Notes under the pieces: model-generated | What the model was told of the DNA's origin: nothing | Seen by the model: only the letters and a program-made list of their open reading frames with translations | The model's database searches: none | Shown here: positions 20,271-30,370 of the stretch, one piece after another | How the letters are laid out: every line of letters begins with the position of its first letter | Position numbering within the stretch: the first letter of the stretch is position 1 | Made by a program: the position numbers and the translations under genes | Origin: a virus | Lineage: Duplodnaviria > Caudoviricetes | Direction: 5' to 3' (one strand) | Virus record (IMG/VR): IMGVR_UViG_2892966740_000006 | Coordinates: 1-64,000 of that record | DNA length: 64,000 bases

Positions 20271-20597
20271 ATGAGCACTCAAACAGAAAACCTCATTCAC
20301 CAACTCTCGTGTCTCCCGGTCTGTGATGCCATTAGCCAACATCCTGCTGTGATGCTGGACCTGTCGAATGGAGCCATCATCAGAAGCCCGGCTAATCTTG
20401 CGGCGGACGACGAATGCGAGTTCTTTGAAGTTCAATGGCCGGGCGGAGAACCACAGCAAGTTTTGGCCTGCAAGATCGTAGACAAGCTACTTCTCGCGGC
20501 TATCCATCACTGGAAAGACACGGGAGAAATGAAGGGGGATATCGCGATGCTCTTTCAGGATCAGCGGGAGCACCTGCAGATCAAGTTTGGGTTCTGA
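20271..20597 (+). CDS. moron: small acidic hypothetical protein between G and I
   Basis: 108-aa ORF filling the G-I gap on the opposite strand. Confidence 0.6.
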   Translation: MSTQTENLIHQLSCLPVCDAISQHPAVMLDLSNGAIIRSPANLAADDECEFFEVQWPGGEPQQVLACKIVDKLLLAAIHHWKDTGEMKGDIAMLFQDQREHLQIKFGF

Positions 20598-20601
20598 TTG
20601 G

Positions 20602-21150
20602 TTACTCATCAAAGTATCTCCCCAAGATGGCCAGCAGCTCCGCTTCAGCGACGGGTGCCAGCTGGCCATTCTCATCCACCGGCAGATAGGCCCGCGCCGG
20701 GATATACACGCCAAGGCCTCGGCCAGCCCGGCCACCCAACTGCTGGATGGCCGCATAGGCATCCAGTCCATTACCCCATGGGCCGAAGGCCAGATGATCC
20801 GGCCCCGCTTCAAAGCTGAAGGCGTACTGGCGCAGATTGTTGGTATGGCCCTGCAGGATTTTCTTGTTGGCCAGCACGGTCTGGCCGCGCTTCGATAGCG
20901 AGCCATCTTTCTTGAAGTTCTTCTTGCCGCCGTGCCGGATATACGCCGCCAGTGTCGTCGGGGCGTTCGGCTCCCAAGGCTGGCCGTGCCAGTCTTTCTG
21001 TTCGGCAAAGCGCTGGTCGGTCTCTGCCTTGGCCCACTCGGCAAAGTCCAGCAGTGCCGGGCGCAGGTTGTGGGCTTGCGCCAACAGTTTATCCAGTGCC
21101 CGGCCAACACTGTCATTGACGACTTTGATTTCGAAGCTGTTGTCACTCAT
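20602..21150 (-). CDS. Mu G-like virion morphogenesis protein
   Basis: RF..Q.DW.G..W and YAAIQQLGG.AGR....IPARAYL motifs. Confidence 0.88.
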   Translation of the reverse strand: MSDNSFEIKVVNDSVGRALDKLLAQAHNLRPALLDFAEWAKAETDQRFAEQKDWHGQPWEPNAPTTLAAYIRHGGKKNFKKDGSLSKRGQTVLANKKILQGHTNNLRQYAFSFEAGPDHLAFGPWGNGLDAYAAIQQLGGRAGRGLGVYIPARAYLPVDENGQLAPVAEAELLAILGRYFDE

Positions 21151-21153
21151 AAT
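21125..21153 (+). promoter_or_regulatory. sigma70-like promoter firing into the F-G intergenic RNA
   Basis: TTGATT-17bp-CATAAT; predicted +1 at about 21159-21160. Confidence 0.55.
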
Positions 21154-21157
21154 GAAT

Positions 21158-21253
21158 ATAGGCCGTGCAGAAGTACGTGAAATATCGCATTACGTACTGC
21201 AACCCCGAAAGGGCGTGCACACGCAGGGGGTGGCGTCCTGCCTGCACGGCTAT
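21158..21253 (+). ncRNA. four-way-junction structured RNA downstream of MuF
   Basis: Closing stem GCCGTGCAG/CTGCACGGC encloses three hairpins, one with a GAAA tetraloop. Confidence 0.6.
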
Positions 21254-21258
21254 CCTCC

Positions 21259-22549
21259 TCATATGATCCGCCGATACAGGGCCGGGTTATTCAAGTCCCG
21301 TAAATCCACATAGCCCAATGTGGTCAATGTATTTGTCTGCATGGGTATACGCTTCCCGTTCCGATCCTTGTCTTTCACGCGGTAATTTGCATTGATCACG
21401 GCTTTTACGTACCGCTTCTCATCCTGGGCTTTCCATACCGCTAGATAGATCGGCTCAAGCTGGTCATTGCTTACCTGCTGATAAACCCGTTCAGGCTCCC
21501 ACATGCCAATAATTGTCTGCATGGCATCGTCCAGGGGTAATCCGCTTGTCTGCCTTGGCCCCCGTATCCCGCAAAGCATGTTTCACCTCGCTGTCATCGA
21601 CCGACACCACCGCCGTGGCCAATGACTCGCCCGTGGCCTGCTCGATCTTGTCGACCAGTTGCGGCGACAGCCCGCCAATATGGATACGCTGCTTGGTTGG
21701 CCGGTAGCCCGCCGGGTCCGGGTAGATCTGCTGGACCAGCGGTTGCCAGCGTTCCTGGACGATCTTGTCCAGTGCCTGAATGTTGTCGACCGCGCTCTGA
21801 ATAGCCGCAGCCCCGATCCGGGCCGACGTTGTCGCCGCCTTGTCCAGCAGCAGGCGGCCAAGGTTCGCTTGTCCTGGGGCGTAGTCCCATCCGTAGTCAA
21901 TGCCATCCGGCACGGACACAGGGCCATCTGGCGTGTCCTGCTCGACGTACTGAATGGCCGGGGCGGTATCGGGGCCGTTCTTGCCGTACTTTTCGCGCAG
22001 TTCTTTCTCGGATACCCCATAGACCGTGCACTGACATCCCCAGCCGTTTGGCGGGTAATGGGTTTGCCACCACGGATCATCGGCCCGCAGGATCAGGCCG
22101 TTCCGGGCTAAATGCTGCGGCCGTGGATGCAGGACTGAATCGGAATGGCGATAGCGCCAGTAAGGCCGCGCTTTCAGCATGTCCGGGTCGGTCAGCTGCT
22201 GGTAACGGCCAGCGGCATAGCTGGTCTGCAGATTGGTCTGGTAGATGACGCGGGTTCGCCAGTTTCGACCACCCTTATAGTCCCAGCCGTGCCGGGCGAC
22301 GATGTCGTCAAACCCGGCCCGGAAATCTTCCAGCGTCGACTCACCGGCAATGGCCTTATCGACTTCCTGCCGCAGATCCTCCAGCAGATCGCTGGCCATA
22401 GCCCCGGCCACGACAAACGAACGGTCGTGCTGGGCCTTCATGATGTCGGTCCATGTCTGGGTGGGCAGATTCAGCTTCTGCCGGAAGTAGTCCATCTGAA
22501 CTGGCCACGGCTGCTTGAACACCGCACCCAGCAACGCATCATCGGCCAT
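21259..22549 (-). CDS. MuF head morphogenesis protein with a C-terminal extension (putative nuclease domain)
   Basis: IYQTNLQTSYAAGRY and WQTHYPPNGWGCQC; an extra C near 21535 splits KRIT-LDDAMQ. Confidence 0.88.
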
Positions 22550-24085
22550 GGCGGACCTCATAACGGCCAGCCAACTCAGCCAGACTAAAAGCGGTGTTCA
22601 TTACCCGCTGCAGCTCGGTGGTAGGCAAGTTACCAAACCCATTGATCAACCACGCCCGGAACGACGCCAGATCCGGGGCATCGGCCAGTGCTTGGCGAAT
22701 GACCTGAAGAATGGCTTCCATCGGGTCGGTAGTCTCGTTGGTAAGCTGTTCAATTAGCGGTGCCATCGGGTCAGCCGGTCCCGGCTGCAACGCATTAGTC
22801 GCCCGATAGTGATTCATCGCCGCTTGGGTCTGAGGGGCTTAAGACATCAACCGGCACCATCAGAGCTTCGCTTTGGGCCGTTCCAGACCGAAGCGCTCAT
22901 AGGTGGACTCCTGACCGACCGGCAGGCACGCACCAGCTTATCCACCACGCCAGCCAATGCGGTCAGGTCTTCCGGTTTGTTAATCCGTAGGCGGATGGCC
23001 GGGTACTTTTGCTGCGGCCCCAGATTGAGGTCCACCACCGGCTTGACGTAGTCGCGGGCCAGCGTGGCTACCAGCTGTTTGACGTCGGCGTCCAGAATAT
23101 CTTCGCGTACCTCGTTATGGACCTTGCCCAAGGCGTAGGCGCCACCGCCACTGCTCCCGCCGGTGTTGGTGGCAAGCGTCTGGCCAAGGACGATCTTGCT
23201 GGTCTGCTTGTCGAAATATTCCGTCAGGCGGGCATAGATATCGACCGAGGCGGTTTTATTGCTAAGCGTCGACAAAGTCGATTTCCATGTTCTTCGGGAT
23301 GGCGGCGGCCGCATCCGTGCCGAGGCTACGCAGGGCCGTCAGCAGAGTTTCAATGTCCTGCGGCGTGGCTGAGACATCGTACTTACCGACACGCAGCGGC
23401 TGGCCATACGCCTCGGCAAACGTGACCCAATCCTTGATCGCGTAGTTGCTGAACAGAAAAGCCCAGCACGCCATGCGGGCCAGACCGCCGCGGATCAGCA
23501 CGCCCGACTTGGCCTTGACCTTGTGGGTGATGAATTTATAGGGTGCCAGCGGATCGCCGTAGATATTGGTATCCGAGCGCAGATATAAGGTTTCAGGGTC
23601 TTCGCGGCGGGTTTGCAGCCAGTACGGTTGCAGATAGGACAAGCCACGCGGCATCCACTGCCGCGCACTGGTTTCCCAGTCGATCTCATGCACGCTGAAG
23701 CCCTTGCCGATGGCGTCCAGAATATCGAACAGGTTTTCACTGATCGGGGCCAGCGCTTCTTCCACCAGTGCGGCGGCCTGCTGACTGGCGGCATCATCGC
23801 CAGCTTACCAACGTACAGCTCCAAACCGACTAGGGCACGCTTGCGGGTCGACAGCTCGGAGCCGTAGTGCAGGTACTTCTCTTCCATGTCCTCGGCCAGC
23901 CGCAAGTAGGCGCTGGCATCACCGTTCACCGCCTGACGCAGCATGTGCCCCAGCAATTCCGGGTCAAGGCCATGGCTGGCAGAGGCAATGATCTGCCGTA
24001 CCCCGGTGGTGGTCGGGGTGGCGATGGAGGTTTTTAACAGGCCCATGTTAATCGGCTGGCCATTATGGTCAACGAGTTGCGCCAT
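22539..24085 (-). CDS. portal protein (Mu gp29/DUF935), fragmented
   Basis: LAEDMEEK, FAEAYGQPLRVGKY, SKIVLGQTL and ALGKVHNEVR motifs. Confidence 0.9.
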
Positions 24086-24153
24086 GATTTACATCCTTTT
24101 TTGCATTGGCACGTCACTGCTAAACTTCAATGTCATTACTTGGAGACGGAACC

Positions 24154-24654
24154 ATGATTGATATGATTACGGGCGCATTCGGCGGCCTGAAGTCTGCGGC
24201 GGAGCTGGCTCAGAGTTTGCTCACGCTCAAAACGGATTCGGCTGTATCGACCAAGGCCGTTGAGCTGAACAGAATCATTTTTGATATCCAGCAGAAAATG
24301 TTTGCCATTCAGGCGGACTATGCGGCGCTGCTGAGCCGCACTGGCGACCTTGAAGCCGAAATTCGAGATCTCAAAAGCTGGGAAGAAGAAAAGCAGCGCT
24401 ATCAATTGCACGAACTGGCTCCGGGAACGTTCACTCACCGCCTGAAGCCAGATTGCCAAGGCTCCGAACCGCTTCATGACCTGTGCGAAAACTGCTATCA
24501 GAATGGCGTCAAATCGATCTTGCAGGCGGCTGGACATAAAGGCTCCTATCCATGTTTTGTCTGTCCAAAATGCAAAAGTGAGTATTTGGCTGAACGACAA
24601 TCCATGCCGTCCTATGTCGTCTCGCTGCCATCCAATCCCCGTACTCGTTTCTGA
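24154..24654 (+). CDS. moron: coiled-coil plus zinc-ribbon protein
   Basis: RBS GGAG; CENC...SILQ...CPKC; opposite strand between terminase and portal. Confidence 0.7.
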   Translation: MIDMITGAFGGLKSAAELAQSLLTLKTDSAVSTKAVELNRIIFDIQQKMFAIQADYAALLSRTGDLEAEIRDLKSWEEEKQRYQLHELAPGTFTHRLKPDCQGSEPLHDLCENCYQNGVKSILQAAGHKGSYPCFVCPKCKSEYLAERQSMPSYVVSLPSNPRTRF

Positions 24655-24658
24655 TGGG

Positions 24659-26293
24659 CTACCAGGTGCCGCGCCCGAATCGGGCTGATGCCGCAAACTG
24701 TCCTCGGCCGATGCCCTTGTAGCCTTTGGTCGCCAGCGGCGCGGCATCAATCACGCGGGCGGCATACCAGGCCAAGGCCACCGCAACGGCCACGTCACCG
24801 TGGCGCTTGCCCTTGTCTTCGCCGGTGGTCCGGGTGTCCGGTATGCGCGGTACGCCATTAATGATTTGCACTGCCCGCAGGTCGGCCAGCACGTCCTTGT
24901 CTTTCGGCAGGCCATCCAGATCGCCGTCTTCCAGCGCGGCTTTGACCGGCGGCATGTGTTCGCGGTACCAGCTCTCCGACAGCATCACCTGATGGATACG
25001 ATCCGCCCCGTATTTCTGCATGGCTACCTCGGCCAGAAACTGGCCGTTGCCCCGCGCATCGAAGGCACCACCGGCAAAGCCCGGCAGGTTATCTAGCAGA
25101 TGGAAGGTGACTTGCTCTTGCTGGCGGAAGGGGACGTTGCGCATTTCCAGAATGAACGGCACGCGCCGCACCAGGTTCTGCAGTTCGATCAGCGGCACAT
25201 GGACCGACAAGTCACCGCTCCGGGCAAAATCCTCCCCGTCAAAGCTGCGGACATCCTTGGGGAGTTTGTCCAGCTCCGGCTGGAGCACTTCATCAATCCA
25301 GTCCTGGCAATGGCGCTCCCGCACATAGTCAGGCTCCAGCTCAAAGCCTTGGGGGCACTCGTAGCGCAGCACCGGCGTATCGGCCGACATGCGCTTTTCG
25401 ATCAGCAGGCTGGATAGCCAGTTGCCGCCGCTGTTTTTGGGGATACAGCCGTACTCCTCGTCGGCCGACTCGGGGTTCGGGGCATTCTTGTAGAGGTCAT
25501 CGCGCCATTTCTTCTCGGCTTCGACCGACCAGGTCTGACCGGTGACATAACAGATGCGCTTATAGAGACCGTCGGCAATGGCGTCATCCAGCGTGATGCG
25601 ATGCACGCTGTAATCCTTCTTGCTTAAGCACGCGCTTCCTGAATCAGCTCGTTGAAGATGTTTTCGGCCCCGTTATGGGTACTGATCAGCCTGACCTTGT
25701 TGCCCCACATGGTGAGGGCTAATGCCGCCTTGAGCAGTTCTGCGAGTGAATCGTGGAAAGCCGCTTCATCAATCACCACATCGCCCTGCAGACCGCGCAG
25801 GTTGGAGGGCCGACTGGATAACGCCTGAATCTTGAAGCCCGACTTGGGGAAGCGAATCATGTAGGCGAGGATTTCTTCCTGCTTACCTTCATCCCAGAAT
25901 GTCTGTTCATACACATCGGCCCGCGCCAGCTCATTGAAGGCTTTGGCAAACAACGCAGCGGCGGCGATGTACTCCAGCGCCATTTCCTTTTTGCTGCCGA
26001 CATAGAAGGTATTGCAACCGTGGCGCTTGCGCGGTTTTGCCGCTTTGACCACGTTGCGTGTAAGCTTCCGCCCACGTCAGACCGGTACGGCGTGACTTCT
26101 CCGCGATCATGATCTGGGACTCGTCCTCAAACCAACGCTGCTGATACGGCAGTAAAACCGGTTGATTCTCCGGGATGGCGTCAGCCACGTCCTGCGGCAC
26201 CACCACCCCGGCCAGTTCCATCTCTTCGGCCAGGTTAATCTTGCGCGGGCCACCAAGGGCTTTTAACGGGGGATGTTCCTGTTCGGCCATCAC
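24659..26293 (-). CDS. terminase large subunit (Mu gp28-like), three fragments
   Basis: LLPYQQRW, EKSRRTGLTWAEA, VVIDEAAFH, DFARSGDLS and RHGD motifs. Confidence 0.92.
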
Positions 26294-26859
26294 TCTTTAC
26301 CCAACAGGATGCGGCGGATGCTGTTTTCCATCTGCTCGCTCATGCCATCCGAGCCACGCAGTTCTTCCAGCTTTTCTTCCTGCTCGGCCAGCAGTTTGGC
26401 ACGGGCTTCGCGCTCGATGCGGGCCTGCTCATCCAGACGGAATTTCTTCTGGTTGACCGAAGCCCGGCTCAACGTGGCAATGTTCTTGGCCACCTTGCTC
26501 AACAGCGCAATGCGGTCTTCATTAGAGACATTCTCGTCCCCGGCTTCCTGCAGATCTACGATGGATTCGAACAGCTGGGTCTGTACCGGGGCGAGCAGTG
26601 CTTCGGAACGGGTATCGGTATCGTCCGAGGCGCCTTGCGTCAGCAGCCGGGCGGCCTCGGTGCTGGCCTTGATGGCCGCGAAGCGCCGTTCAATCTTCTG
26701 ACCGAAGCGATGGATGGCAGATTTGCTGATGACAAAGCCCTTTTCGCGCAGGGCTTCTTCCAGCGCCTGGTAGCCGCTGAAGTTACCCTCGACCAGCGCA
26801 TTCTCCAGCCATTCACGCACCTCGGCCGGAAGCATGGAAACACTATTGCGAGCGGCCAT
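26290..26859 (-). CDS. DUF3486/Mu gp27-like (putative small terminase)
   Basis: MAARNSVSMLP.EVR.WL and ISKSAIHRFG motifs. Confidence 0.85.
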   Translation of the reverse strand: MAARNSVSMLPAEVREWLENALVEGNFSGYQALEEALREKGFVISKSAIHRFGQKIERRFAAIKASTEAARLLTQGASDDTDTRSEALLAPVQTQLFESIVDLQEAGDENVSNEDRIALLSKVAKNIATLSRASVNQKKFRLDEQARIEREARAKLLAEQEEKLEELRGSDGMSEQMENSIRRILLGKE

Positions 26860-26860
26860 G

Positions 26861-27171
26861 TCAGCTCCAGTATTTCTCAGGGCGGGCAATGCCGGCTGGC
26901 AGTCGATGGTGTACTCGGCCAGATCCACACCATAGCGGGTGATATCGGCCCACCAGCGGCCACCCGGCTCCTTGCGCAACTTCACCATGGCGCGATCTTC
27001 CAGATAATCCAGTTCTTTGCGCACCTCCAGTGGAGACACATCAGGATAGATCGCTCGCATGGTTTGCTGGATCACATCTTCGACGACCTCGGTAGGCCGG
27101 GCGTTGTACGCTGCCAGCACTAGATACCAGCGCAGGCTTTCGCGGCGGATTTTGGCGGCATCGATATTCAT
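26861..27171 (-). CDS. Mu gp26-like winged-helix protein
   Basis: RRESLRW and ELDYLEDR; natural end CQPGIARPEKYWS* after a 1-nt repair. Confidence 0.75.
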
Positions 27172-27554
27172 TGCTGCAGTCCTTTCAGTTGGACGTTTTC
27201 AATTTTGAGAGCGACCGAGTCCAGCTTGGCTTCGATCACGGTCTGGTTACGAACGTAGTCCTCACGGCGCACATAGTTGATGGGTAAATCCGCCTGAAAT
27301 CGCAGGAAATCCCGTTCCAATGACTGCCAGCCATCTGTCTCGCGCTGGTTCTGATCCATTAGCTGATTAAACCGGGACTCCCAGTTTTTATTAGCGGTCT
27401 CCTGTGACTGCTCCATGGTTTTAAAGCGCTGGCTCAACTGGTTATCGACCTGTGCCAGCAAAAGCCGGACAGCGACAAAACAGAAGGACATAAACGCCAG
27501 CAGCAGGCCAATCAGGAAAGTCAGCAATTGCCATAGATCCAACTGGATACTCAT
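27168..27554 (-). CDS. membrane-anchored coiled-coil protein (Mu gp25-like position)
   Basis: N-terminal TM segment; LPINYVRREDY motif. Confidence 0.7.
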   Translation of the reverse strand: MSIQLDLWQLLTFLIGLLLAFMSFCFVAVRLLLAQVDNQLSQRFKTMEQSQETANKNWESRFNQLMDQNQRETDGWQSLERDFLRFQADLPINYVRREDYVRNQTVIEAKLDSVALKIENVQLKGLQQ

Positions 27555-27767
27555 CGATGTGATCTCCCGAATCGTTCCCACGATGATTGGCAATCCACGC
27601 AGCGCCGACAGCCCTGGGACGGCTTTCTGTCGCTGTTCGGAAATCGCCTCACCACAGTCCTCACAGTGGCTTAGGCCCATACCGTGGCAGGACTTGGCCA
27701 ACTGATCCGCAATGGCCTGATCGCGCTCTTCCACTTCCAGTTCCTGTGCGCGATCAAATTGATCCAT
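27551..27767 (-). CDS. TraR/DksA C4 zinc-finger protein
   Basis: MDQFDRAQELE...CEDCGEAI...R.KAVPG. Confidence 0.8.
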
Positions 27768-27972
27768 CGAACGACTCCGTCGCCTTGTCGATCCACATTT
27801 TTGCTTCCTCAAACCGCTTGGTAGCTTCCATGGCCAGCACACGATTCCCTCCTAGCGGGGGAATCCGCTGGATCAGTTTTTCCAGGCGGTGGGTGGCTTC
27901 AGACAGGTCATCCAGCAGCTGGGCTTGTTCGTTCTGACGGACGCCAAGGTCCGCCGGTGGGAGTTGAGTCAT
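27754..27972 (-). CDS. hypothetical protein
   Basis: RBS; LA....FEEAKMWIDKA motif. Confidence 0.5.
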   Translation of the reverse strand: MTQLPPADLGVRQNEQAQLLDDLSEATHRLEKLIQRIPPLGGNRVLAMEATKRFEEAKMWIDKATESFDGSI

Positions 27973-28003
27973 GGGGTCTCCGATGCTTGAGTGTGAAACG
28001 TGA

Positions 28004-28567
28004 TCAAGCTGTCAAACTTCGCTTCCAGCGCGCCGCACCAGGCGCCGTAATCACTGGCGTGAGCCAGGATGTCTTCTGGTGATAACCCGGCACCGGGGCT
28101 GCTTGATCGGCTTTTGCAGCATCTCCGGGCTGGGTTTCGGGCAGACCCGGATCACCTGCGGTTCCGTAGCCGAGTTCGGCTTGGTAGAGGCGCAGGCTGA
28201 CAGGGCCAAGGCCAGTCCAATGCTGACCATCCATGCGTATCGCATCGGGAATCCTTTGCTTGAGTTGTTGCTGTTTGGCTTTGAGCTGGCTTTCTGTGGC
28301 CAGCAAGGTGACGCCTAACTGGTGAGCCAGCTGGGCGTACTTCTGGGTATCGGAAGCCGCCTTGGCCAGTTCGCGGGATTTGGCCTCAGCCTTCTGGCGC
28401 AAGGTCGACTCGTAATCCGCCTTTTGCTTGTCCAGCTTGGCTTGCCAGTCATGTGCAGCCGCTTGATAACCGGTGTGGTAGATGCCATAGCCAACACCAG
28501 CGAGAACGGTGACGATGGCCAGCGGTTTGACCCACCACGGCAGCAGGGAAACGGAAGGAATATTCAT
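28004..28567 (-). CDS. spanin region (Rz-like with nested Rz1-like lipoprotein ~28051..28245)
   Basis: TM plus coiled coil; nested LALALSA-C lipobox followed by a Pro-rich segment. Confidence 0.7.
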   Translation of the reverse strand: MNIPSVSLLPWWVKPLAIVTVLAGVGYGIYHTGYQAAAHDWQAKLDKQKADYESTLRQKAEAKSRELAKAASDTQKYAQLAHQLGVTLLATESQLKAKQQQLKQRIPDAIRMDGQHWTGLGPVSLRLYQAELGYGTAGDPGLPETQPGDAAKADQAAPVPGYHQKTSWLTPVITAPGAARWKRSLTA

Positions 28568-28831
28568 GCTGTCTGGTCCTTGTCGGCTTGCAGGTCGGCA
28601 AGCAATTGCCGCGTCGCTCGACTGATGTACCACCCGGCTCACAGCAGACAGAAAGCCAAACACCGTCGACAGGATGGCAAACGGCATCGGAGAAAGCGCG
28701 GCCTGCCAAACCGGCAGCAGATCGGTGCCGGTTTGCAGTAGAACTGTGATCAACCCACACATCGCGGACAGCAGCGCAAAGCGGATGGACCACAGGCGGT
28801 GCCAGACTGGGGCGATTGGATCGAAGCGCAT
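28564..28831 (-). CDS. putative holin (3' end uncertain)
   Basis: W.RLWSIRFA motif, two TM segments, directly after the endolysin. Confidence 0.65.
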
Positions 28832-29360
28832 CACACGCCCCCCAAAATCTTGCCGGACAGTGGCTTCATGCCTCCCTTGATCCAGTCTGCGACGGTGAAG
28901 CCGGGGCAAGTCTTGAGCCATTCGTTGGGTTCGATGGTGCCGTCGTGGTTTTTGTCGGGCGACAGATCACGGTGGCCAACAATCCGCGCGGCCGGATACT
29001 TCGCCGCCAGCGCTTTGATCAGGCTGGCCAACGCCTGCCATTGCAGCAACGTGAATTGATCGGTCCCGACCATGCAGACGCCGATAGAGTTGGCGTTGAA
29101 ACCGGACACATGAGCGCCGATTTCATCCAGGCCACGGCCGGTCGACTTGCTGCCATCGGTATCCAGTACAAAGTGGTAGCCAATGGCTTTTAACGTGGGG
29201 TTAAACGCGCCGACAGCGGCTTAAGCTGACGGTGAAAACCTCGGGTACTGTGCCAAACGTCAATGGTGGTGGCGGCCGTCTGACCATTCTTGGCCAGCTG
29301 CTTGCCATTCGGGCTGGCCGAACAGTGGATGACGATCAAGTTGATAGCGCGGGGCATCAT
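28831..29360 (-). CDS. endolysin, N-acetylmuramoyl-L-alanine amidase
   Basis: LIVIHCSA, IGYHFV, GAHVSGFN, VGHRDLSPD and KTCPGF; break at a corrupted GCCGGC near 29219. Confidence 0.9.
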
Positions 29361-29388
29361 GCCTCCTCATGCTGAAAACATGAGGGCT

Positions 29389-29435
29389 ATCGTAGGGATT
29401 CAGGCCGGGAGAGCGGATTGGGAAGGGGTTCGGTA
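29389..29435 (-). promoter_or_regulatory. late promoter (Plys-like)
   Basis: TACCGAACCCCTTCC-26bp-TACGAT. Confidence 0.75.
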
Positions 29436-29440
29436 AAAAC

Positions 29441-29464
29441 AAAACCCCGCTGGGTGGCGGGGTT
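29441..29464 (-). terminator. intrinsic terminator ending the early/middle operon
   Basis: AACCCCGC..GCGGGGTT hairpin plus U tract. Confidence 0.75.
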
Positions 29465-29473
29465 GGATGGCGG

Positions 29474-29911
29474 TTACTTACAAAGGCTCTGTGCTAGATC
29501 GAACAATGGAGACAATGGCTTTTTGGGAGGTCCATAGTAATTGCCACTCGCGTCGTAAAATGATGGATCAGGCGGTTGTACGGCAACAATCGGATCAATG
29601 CTTCCATACTGCGAGATGCCAAATCCGTTGATGCCGTATTTTTTACCAGAGTCATCCGTGAAGACCAGCGTGTCGCCGCCGCGTTCGCACGATACCCATC
29701 CATGGTCGACAGTTAGAGGCCATGCCTGTTTCATCTGTTCTGCAGATACTTCGATCCGATTGGATGGACCACTATTAGCGACTGTCTCTGATGCTTGAAA
29801 GCTGCCATTTCTTTGGTATTGCAGTATCGCGCCGATAATAAAAATAGCGAAAAGGATGACCAACAGTACCTTGATCCTCCTTGTACTTGTGTCAACCTCA
29901 ACCATTTTCAT
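29474..29911 (-). CDS. membrane-anchored YebY/DUF2511-like protein
   Basis: TM segment; WPLTVD.G.VSC and YGING motifs. Confidence 0.6.
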   Translation of the reverse strand: MKMVEVDTSTRRIKVLLVILFAIFIIGAILQYQRNGSFQASETVANSGPSNRIEVSAEQMKQAWPLTVDHGWVSCERGGDTLVFTDDSGKKYGINGFGISQYGSIDPIVAVQPPDPSFYDASGNYYGPPKKPLSPLFDLAQSLCK

Positions 29912-29914
29912 CTC

Positions 29915-30370
29915 CTAAAAAAGCTGACCTTGGGGGACGTTATCAGGCAGCAGCTCGTCGGCCTTGCTCAAAATCTCTTCGATCCGGCGGTCACACAGTT
30001 TGAACTTTGGCACCAGTATATTATTGACGGTGGCATTATGTCCCAGCTCCCGGCAGTGTCTGTCATAGTCTGCCCGGATCTCTGCATCACGTAGCGCCCG
30101 CAACGCGGCGGCGCATTTCGGTACGTATAACCGCGTGTTCCCGTAGTGTTTGGTCAGTGTTCGGGCTGCATCCACTCCCACCACCTCAGCCAGCGCCGAA
30201 AAATACTGGCCTTCCTGCCGGGCGGTTTTAGGAATGGGGAAATGGGTGCCGCCCAACAGGTCGACCAGCTTCATGGTCATGGGCAGGCTGATCAGCCGCA
30301 CCAGTTCACGGGCGTTTTCCGGCAGCAGGTGCTGGGCACGCAGAATCGCGTCCTCTCTTACTTTTCCCAT
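29915..30370 (-). CDS. Mor/C-family transcription activator
   Basis: YG..RLYVPKC, RD.EI.ADY and L.DRRIEEIL motifs. Confidence 0.85.
   Translation of the reverse strand: MGKVREDAILRAQHLLPENARELVRLISLPMTMKLVDLLGGTHFPIPKTARQEGQYFSALAEVVGVDAARTLTKHYGNTRLYVPKCAAALRALRDAEIRADYDRHCRELGHNATVNNILVPKFKLCDRRIEEILSKADELLPDNVPQGQLF

Noticed and set aside
26290-28921. Long fused ORFs (26290..27171, 27168..27842, 28004..28921)
   Set aside because: Each joins two recognisable separate genes through a single-base error.
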